Positions 55,074-64,000 of a stretch of DNA of 64,000 bases are shown piece by piece. The stretch comes from Eledone cirrhosa (Eukaryota). Made by a program: the position numbers and the translations under genes. The notes below the pieces were generated by a model. That model had not been told where the DNA came from. It did not search any database and was given only the letters and a program-made list of their open reading frames with translations. The stretch lies in the NCBI GenBank assembly GCA_964016885.1, contig OZ024744.1, positions 45,198,001 to 45,262,000 on the forward strand. Direction: 5' to 3'. Within the stretch, counting starts at the first letter, position 1, and every line of letters starts with the position of its first letter.

Positions 55074-56775
55074 CATACATACATACATATATACATATCA
55101 ATATTGCAAAATGGGGATATTTAAAGGATAGGGACATTGTGTGTGACTGCGGCATCAAACCACAGACTGCGTGGCACCTCCTGATATGACCCCTGCTGGA
55201 ACATCCCTGCACAACATTGGACGTGACAGAGTTTAATGAGAAAGGACAGCTGTGGCGGAACTACATCTAACCAAGCTTTGTAACTGACACTCTTGTGGAC
55301 ACGACAAGAAGAATACAGAGTTGTGTGTCTAAAACAGGTAGTCTGTAGTTTGGGCAGTCTATTTTAATACTCTAGTGGATGGAGGGGTATTTATTTGCTG
55401 AATGATTTTTACCGTTTATTTCTAGTCCCTTGATGATTTCTTTAGCGGCATGTCTATACTACTGTACAGATAACCTCTACATAATGGGAGAACATATTTA
55501 GGGCTAAATGGTTCTTGGCTACTCGTTCTTTGAGTGTCATATCCAAACATATGATAAAGAGATTGGCTAAATCACGAGTGATGCTGACCGATGTTAGCCC
55601 CTCAATATTGTTCTTATACTGACCATTTTCCTTGTCTGATCATGGTTTTCGAGGGTCTTTATTTGCTCAGGTCCATGCGCTCCATCTTTATTGCCATTGG
55701 AATAATTGTTTCTACGTTTGACACAAGGCCAGCAATCACCTAGTGTATTACTGGTACTTTATTTTATCGGCCCCGTAAGGATGAAAGGCAAAAATGGCTG
55801 GTGGTGTGTTACATCATAACATGGTGGGACAGAGACTGCAAAAGCTATTATTGTGTAGATATTCTTTGTCACAAATGAGTCTGGGGAGGATTCACTGGTC
55901 CCTGATTGAAACTTACGGCAATATGTCATGTTCGTAGATGTTATCCCTGGGGGGGAATTAGCTAACAAATATAGAAAGTTCCTAAGAAAGACCCACTTAA
56001 AGCTTAAAGTGGTAGAAAAGCCAGGAACTACCATAAAATCCCTGATCAGCAAAACATATCCTTTAAAAAAAACCACTGTACTAATAATTCTTCCTTAACT
56101 GTTCCTTAACTGTTCTTCCTTAACTGGCCTATATAAGTGTCTCTGAGTCAGACACACCAACAAATGGTATATCGAAAGTTAGTCTGTACAGAAAACTATT
56201 ACACGTGTTTCAACATTAACATCAAATCGACATTAAATTGTATATTTGTATACATAGAAGTTTATGTAATGTATATGGTGGAGTTGATGTATAAAATAGT
56301 GTGTACATATATAAGTGAAGTGATGTTGGTGTTATGTGTATGTTGATGTATACATGTAGGTATATGGGGTTGTATATAACTTTATCGTTTACCTGTTTGG
56401 GTGTGTTTGTCAGATGGTGCCTTTTTGTTGTTTGTTATTTGTATATATACATGTAGGTTTACTATGATGTTGTTTATATATTCTAGGTGACCATATTACA
56501 GTGTCCCCTCGCAGTGCTGCAATGAATCCTGAAGCTACTGAAAAGAGTAAGTTATAATTTAAACATCATGTAATAAGTTATTCAGTAACTTATTTAGGTT
56601 TTCAAAAGTAAATTTATAACTACGTAATTCAGTCAAGAATATCAAACCCTATATTACAAACTCCCTAACATAATCCAGAATAAACATTTTATTGACTTCC
56701 TCAGAGACCTTGTAATGAGGACAAAAGTAAAGATAGACTTTTTTAGGGCATTATCAGAGATAGATGAGAAATAAT

Positions 56776-56961
56776 TGTTTCTACTTTAGGCACAAGGCCA
56801 GCAATTACCCAGTGCATTACTGGTACTTTATTTTATCGACCCCGTAAGGATGAAAGGCAAAGTCAACCTCGGCGGTATTTGAACTCAGCTCGTAAAGGGA
56901 CGTAACTATGCTGGAAAGCATGGCGTCCGACCCTCTACCGATACTGCCAATCCACCACCAC
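56776..56961 (-). mobile_element. Young SINE insertion with 18-bp TSD, right arm only
   Basis: TSD AGATAGATGAGAAATAAT at 56758-56775 and 56962-56979; single-copy empty site at ~3128-3145. Confidence 0.93.
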
Positions 56962-57646
56962 AGATAGATGAGAAATAATGACATATTATTTGGTTCAAAT
57001 GAGAAGATAAATGTTGCCCTAGATTCATTGGGGTAGATGGAATTATCTCACAGACCAGTATTCTTATCTTTAAGAAAACTTCATCCGACAGTTCTTCACC
57101 CTTTCTTGTCTCCCTTCATTGTTCATACACTGCATCCTCTTATTCACTACATCAGCCAGTACCCTAAATATTTGGTTAAACCACTATATATCTCTGTTCT
57201 TCAGGACCAGTGGGAAACTGTAGAATATTTCTCTCATAATTCTAGACATCCCACATATGACTAGCCACACTTTACTGCTTTTGGAAGTTTTAGATTTGTG
57301 GGAAAAGTAAGTATGTCCTTGAGAGAACAAACCGTATAATTTGATCTAGTTGATTAAATAAATGACAACTCACTCTACCCTTTCTTCAATTTAACAACAA
57401 ACTCTTCTCAAGAAAGCCTTCTAGTTTTCCTATTATTTTCTTCCATATTTTTTCCAGGTATGACTCCTGTAGAGATCTTTGTCTCTGAGTCAGAAACACC
57501 TAAAAAAGGTGGATCGAAAGAAAGTAAGTTGTATTTCAAACACATTTTCTACCCAGTTAGTACAGAAAACTATTACACGTGTTTCAACATTAATATCAAA
57601 TTGACATTATATTGTATATTTGTATACATGGAAGTTTATGTAATGT

Positions 57647-58533
57647 GTGCCCCTCCAACCCATCCCTCCCAACTTCAGAGTTGGTACCATGAAAGTAGGC
57701 ACATTGAAAGGTCGCTCAAATGAGGTTGTAGAGAGGCTTGAACATAAAGAAGTTGATGAGTGTTGTGTTCAAGAGACTAGGTGGAGAGGTGGGTCTGCCA
57801 GATTCATCGTGGGTAAAAAGCGATGCTATAAACCTTTCTGGGTGGGAAATGACAACGGACTGGGTGGTGTAGGAATTATGTTAGCTAAAAAATAGGTAGA
57901 TAAGGTAATTGACGTAAATAGAGTGAATGACAGAATAATTAAAATAATACAAGTTCTAAATAGAACTACTGTGACAATAATATCCGCTTATGCACCCCAA
58001 TCTTATCTACCTGACAAGGACAGGTTCTATGAGACGCTAATGCACACTACCTCCCAAATAACCGACAGCGACTACCTAATTATTGCTGGCGATCTAAACG
58101 ACCACGTCGGACAACATAGTGATGGCTATGATGGAATCCATGGAGGCTATGGGTTTGGAAATAGAAATGAGGAAGGCTTCAGAATCCTGGAATTCTGTGA
58201 CGCTAATAACCTAACTATCTGTAACACAAACTTTAAAAAACGAGAAAACTACTTGATCACCTATAGATCAGGGGAACACGCCAGCCAGATAGATTATATC
58301 CTTACTAGAAGACAGACGTGACAAAGTGTCTGTTGTAAACACTAAATCCCTCCGCCGTGAAGAATGCACCTCCCAGCATAGCCTAGTAGTTAGTGACCTC
58401 ATAGTTAGGAATAGATGTACACGACGACAGAGGAGGACTATCTTGAGGAGAAGAATATGGAAGTTGAAGGATCCCATAGCCAGTGACAAATTTAAAAGCT
58501 TATTACTTGAAGCCTTTGACAATAAGGAAGAGC
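57647..58533 (+). pseudogene. RTE-clade LINE fragment (mirror of 1575-2460, truncated by an arm-specific deletion)
   Basis: Mirror ORFs 57647-57895, 57923-58321, 58326-58538. Confidence 0.9.
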
Positions 58534-59223
58534 ATTGACAGAACAAACCGTATATATGGATCTAGTGGATTAAATAAACAACAAGTTATTCTACCCTTTC
58601 TTCAACTTGACAATAATCTCTTCTCAAGAAAGTCTTCCAGCTTTTATTATTATTTTCTTCCGTATATATTTTTCCAGGTATGACTCCTGTAGTGATATTT
58701 GTCTCCGAGTCAGACACACCTAAAAAAGGTGGATCCAAAGAAAGTAAGTTGTATTTCAAACACATTTTCTGCCCAGTTAGTACAGAAAACTATTACACGT
58801 GTTTCAACATTAATATCAAATTGACTTCAAATCCCACCGATATTAACTTTGCCTTTCATCCTTATGGCGTTGATAAAATAAAGTACCAGTAATGCACTGG
58901 TGCCAAAAGTAGAAACAATTATATTGTATATTTGTATACATGGAAATCTATGTAATGCGTATGATGGAACTAATGAATAAAATAGTGCGTAGATATATAA
59001 GGAAAGTGATGTTGGTGTTATGTGTATGTTGATGTTGTGTTCATTGTGTACGTGTTCGGGTGCGTTTCTCCGGACATTCTTTTTTGAGGGTGTGTGTTAG
59101 GTTCTGTGTGAGCCCTGTTTGTGTTTGTGTGATTGTGAGGCTGTGTGTGTGCACTCTCTGTGCGTGTGTATTTAGTAGTAAATGTATATTTACGGAGCTA
59201 ACCAGTCGGCGTCCTGAATACTT

Positions 59224-59319
<96 letters not shown>

Positions 59320-59740
59320 AATGGCTGGGACAGCGGGAGTTTAGTCCATTTGTGTTTGGACCTGGTGTATATATGTATATTTCAGAGATAATGAATCTAA
59401 TTACTGTTTCCTGTATTTGTAATGTTATTTGTATATATACATGTAGGTTTACTATGATTTTGTTTATATATTCTAGGTGACCATATTACAGTGTCCCCTC
59501 GCAGTGCTTCAATCAAGCCAAAATTAAGGGGTAAGTTATTAATTGAACACATCATCTAATAAGTTATTCAGTAATTTATCCTTTCTCTCTATATATAAAT
59601 ATATGTGTATATATATGTATATAAATATATGTTTTTGCATAATATGCCACGAAACTACGTAGTAGGGGACTATAGAAGCAGTTTAGGTATGATATATCTT
59701 ATTACTATTTATATCTAATGTTTCTTCTCTCTTCATAATG

Positions 59741-59794
<54 letters not shown>

Positions 59795-59918
59795 CGGGGA
59801 AAGAGGGAGTTTGGTCCATTTGTGTTTGGACCTGGTGTATATATGTATATATCAGAGATAATGAATCTAATAACTGTTTCCTGTATTTGTAAATTTATTT
59901 GTATATATTTGTATATAT

Positions 59919-62900
59919 TCACTTCTATCGGTTATTTTGCCATCACGGCGACCCTCTCTTTATGATGGCTACCCTCTCTCTATTTCTCTCTCTATCTATG
60001 AGAGCTATACCCTCTCTCTCTCCCTCTCTCTATCTATCTCTAAGCCACCTATTACCTCCCTGTCCCTCTCACCCATTCCTTCCTCACTCAGCTTGAAGTT
60101 CTTGAAGAGATAAGACACACTTGACTCTGAAAGGCTAAAATGAATCACTAGAGTTGCTTAACCACGTTCCAGCTATCCATCCATACAAATCTTTCAGGTA
60201 TCCCTCTATTTCCCCAATCGCAAATGTTCTGCTTACAATTATTGCTGTATTTATCACTTCGCTAGCTTCCACAACACATTTAATTTTTTACCCTCATTTT
60301 CTCTACCATGCTGCCTCTCTACCTGTCTATTTTGCCATCAGATGCTAGGGGTATCACATAGCTAACTACCCCCCCCCCCCCCCCCCCCCTCACACCCACA
60401 TAGCCTATTCGACCAATCAAACCTCAGCATGCCCCCCTCCCCCACTACCAACCCCAACAAACCCTGCCATTTCTACTACTACCTAACTCTCTCCTCCCCC
60501 GTCCCAGCCCAACACACCCTGGCATTATTACCACCACCACTGTTCTTCTAGCCCTGAATTTTCCTACCGTTATGTATGGATGAGCTGAGAATAATTTGGA
60601 GCAACTCTGAATTAATAGATGAAAATGAATATGAATCCGCGAGCTACCAAGCACCCATGTGAAGCTCCAATTCAGAGACAGGAAGCACACACACACCCCT
60701 GCAAAAATCGACCCTTCCCTACGAATGTCGACAAATGCCCAAAACTCCAAGTTGGTACCATCAATGTAAGCACAATGAAAGGAAGAGCAGGAGAAATCGT
60801 AGAGATGCTAGAGCGAAAGGAAATTGATGTATGCTGTGTGCAAGAGACTAGATGGAGAGGAGAGTCTGCTAGAGTCCTTGTAGGAAAAAGTCAGTGCTAC
60901 AAATTTTTCTGGGTGGGAAATGACGATGGGATGGGTGGTGTAAGTATACAACTAGCTGACAAGTGGGTAGATAAAGTAATCTCAGTGTACAGGGTAAATG
61001 CAAGAATCATTAAACTCAGACTAGTCCTGAATAAAACAATTACCACAATAATATCAGCCTACGCACGCCATTCGGGGTTGCCAGACGAACTTAAGAATAA
61101 ATGTTACGAGTCCCTAATGCACACTACTGCTCTAACAAACGACAATGACTTTCTAATCATCGCATGAGATTTTAACGGACACGTAGGTAAACACTGTGAC
61201 GGCTTCAATAGAGTCCATGGAGGCCATGGGGTTGGCACAAGAAATGAAGGATTCAGACTTCTAGAATTCTGCGACGCCAATGACATGTCGATATGTAACA
61301 CAAACTTCCAAAAACACAACAACCACCTGATCACCTATAGATCAGGGGCGCATTCTAGTCAGATAGATTTTATCCTCATCAGAGGACGTGACAGATGGAC
61401 GGTCGTAAACACAAAAGCCTTCCCTAGTGAGGAATGTACCTACCAACATAGCTTAGATGTCAGCGACCTCACGGTCAGAACTAGACGAACCTGGAAACAG
61501 AGGCTAACCTGGAGAAGAAAGATCTGGAAGCTGAAAGACCCCTCAGCCAGTAACAGATTTAAAGATATTTTACTCAACGCCTACGACAGTAAAGAGGAAC
61601 AGATAGTGACATTCAAAGTAGAAGAACACTGGGAGATCCTAAACAATAACTTACTAGAGGCGACGGATGAGATCTGTGGCTGGAGTAAGACCACAAGCAG
61701 GAGGAGAGTGACTTGGTGGTGGAACAATAAGGTAGATGAGGCAGTTAAGGCTAAGAGACAGGCATGGAAAGAATGGAAGAACGGGGGAAGCAGGGTACAT
61801 TACATAGAGACCAAGAGGGAAGCTAGGCGTCAAGTATACTTAGCTAGGAGGGAAGCAGAGGATAGAAAATTCAAGTATGTTTTGCAACGTGACGACCAGA
61901 AACAGGAGGTGTTCAAGATTGCGAGGCAGTGTGTAAGAGAGAATTGTGATGTCATTGGAGAGAAGTGTATCTGGAATGATAAAGGTGAGCTTGCCCTCGC
62001 AAGTGCTGAGAAGAAAGATGCATGGAAGAGCCATTATGATAGATTACTAAATGAGGAGAATGCATCTGAAGAAGAGACCCTACCCCAAGTAGACCCTATA
62101 GAGGGGCCAGCAGTACAAGTCAGCAGCAGTGTAGTAAGTAAGGCAATCAAAGATATGAAGATGGGGAAGGCAACCGGTCCATCGGGTATAGCTGCCGAGA
62201 TGCTGAAGGCATCTGGGTCTGTAGGAGGAGTTTAAGACCGGATATCCATGGGAACTCCTGTATGCAGATAACCTCACACTTATAGCTGAATCTATGGTAG
62301 AACTAGAGAAGAAATTCCAAACTTGGAAGCAGTGACTAGAAAGAAAGGGTCTTAAAGTCAACATGACAAAGACTAAGGTCCTTGTAAGTAGACGAGAAAA
62401 CAGAACCCAGATCCCTCAGGGAAATGGCCTTGCTCAGTATGTAGGAAAGGTGTAGGTAGGAACTCCATTCTCTGCCCCAAATGCAAACAATGGGTACACA
62501 AGAGATGTTGCGGGATCTCAGGAAGCTTAATTAAGAATGTAGGCTTCACATGCAGCAGCTGTACTGGGACAGCAAGCAGCAAACAGCCACAGGAACCAAG
62601 TACCACCAATCTCTGGGAGGGCTCTGTAGAAACAGTAGACAGCTTCTGCTACCTAGGTGACCGAATTAGCAGCAGAGAGGGTCGTTCATAAAGTACAATA
62701 ACTAGGGTAAGAACGGGATGGAAGAAGTTCAGGGAACAACTGCCACTGCTAGCTGCAAAAGGCTTCTCCCTCAAAATGAAAGGCAGACTGTATGATGCGT
62801 GTAACCGAACAGCAATGTTACATGGTAGTAACACATGGGCGCTGAAGGTGGAAGACTTATGTAGATTAGAAAGAAACAAAGCATGCATGCTCCGATGGAT

Positions 62901-63533
62901 GTGTAATAGTAATATACGCGAACGGCAAAGCATAAATGAATTGAGAGAGAGACTGAGCATAAGAGGAATCAAATGCTGTGTGCAGGAGAGGCGGTTGCGT
63001 TGGTATGGACATGTGATGCGTATGAAGGATGACAGCTGCATAAAAAGGTGCAGAGCACTAGAAGTCAATGGAAACCGCAGAGTGGGGAGACCCAAGAAGA
63101 GTGGGATGAGGTGATAAAAACCGACGTTACCCAATTACACCTCTCAAAGGCGATGACACACGACCGTGACCTCTGGCATCGCGCAGTAATACAGAGTACC
63201 CGACCTCCCATGGGTACAAGCTGAAACATATAGGCAATATGAACCCTCACCCTCCCACTGCAAAGTGGTCGTGGAAGCGCCACGGCAAAAAAGCACCCAG
63301 CCCACATTGTAAAGTCAACGTGTAGGCGAAACGGAAAAAAGCACCCAGCACTCACGGTAAATGAGGTTGGTGTTAGGAAGAGCATCCAGCTGTAGAAATG
63401 AAGCCAAAATCAGTTCCTGTACGAGCCAGGCATGGTCGGCCGACCAGACACTGGCCACAACAGGACAACCCGTCTAACCAATGTTAGCATGGAAGAACGG
63501 ACGTAAAACGGTGATGATGATGATTATGATGAT
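59919..63533 (+). mobile_element. RTE-clade LINE, near full length but with most of the RT deleted
   Basis: APE motifs (VGTINV, VQETRW, SQIDF), GKATGPSG joined near 62235 to PWELLYAD, Cys-rich CSVC..CPKC..HKRC segment, RRLRWYGHVMR, (TGA)n tail. Interrupts a copy of the unclassified repeat. Confidence 0.88.
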
Positions 63534-63545
63534 AATATACATATA

Positions 63546-63925
63546 GGTTTACTATGATTTTGTTTATATATTCTAGGTGACCATATTACCGTGTACCCTC
63601 CCAGGGCTGCAATGAAGCCTGAAACTACTCAAAAGAGTAAGTTATAATTTAAACATCATGTAATAAGTTATTCAGTAACTTATTTAGGTTTTCAACAGTA
63701 AATTTATAACTACTTAATTCAGTCAACAATATCATGGAGGTTTACTATGATTTTGTTTATATATTCTAGGTGACCATATTACCGTGTACCCTCCCAGTGC
63801 TGCAATGAAGCCTGAAACTACTCAAAAGAGTAAGTTATAATTTAAACATCATGTAATAAGTTATTCAGTAACTTATTTAGGTTTTCAACAGTAAATTTAT
63901 AACTACTTAATTCAGTTAACAATAT
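63546..63925. repeat. ~190-bp tandem duplication within the unclassified repeat
   Basis: AGGTTTACTATGATTTTG...AACAATATCA occurs twice (63546, 63738). Confidence 0.85.
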
Positions 63926-64000
63926 CAAACTCTATATTATAAACTCCATAAAATAATCCAGAATAAACATTTTATTGACTTCCTCAAAGACCTTGTAATA

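Overview
Repeat-saturated, AT-rich eukaryotic DNA. A tRNA-type SINE and dense (TA)n/(CA)n/(GA)n tracts resemble octopus/cephalopod genomes; the taxon is an inference. The dominant structure is a giant inverted duplication: 1-32192 is the reverse complement of 35391-59670 (near-identical by eye, with several arm-specific indels), around a 3.2-kb spacer holding the gag-RT part of a Mag-like Gypsy element and an orphan 5' piece of the LINE it had inserted into. The arms carry decayed retroelements: an R4/Dong-like RLE element inside (CATA)n, RTE-type LINEs, Penelope-like elements (PLEs) with GIY-YIG endonuclease, SINEs and a Gypsy 3' end with PPT and LTR. Features the ORF track does not show: at least three different type I hammerhead ribozyme designs (one with a ~115-nt stem II rich in G-U pairs), a 5'-inverted twin-priming-type LINE insertion with an 11-bp TSD, a near-perfect 102-bp hairpin with two E-boxes beside a possible orphan host exon, and nested smaller palindromes. 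No complete host gene, rRNA, tRNA or CRISPR array is supported. All comparisons were made by eye.
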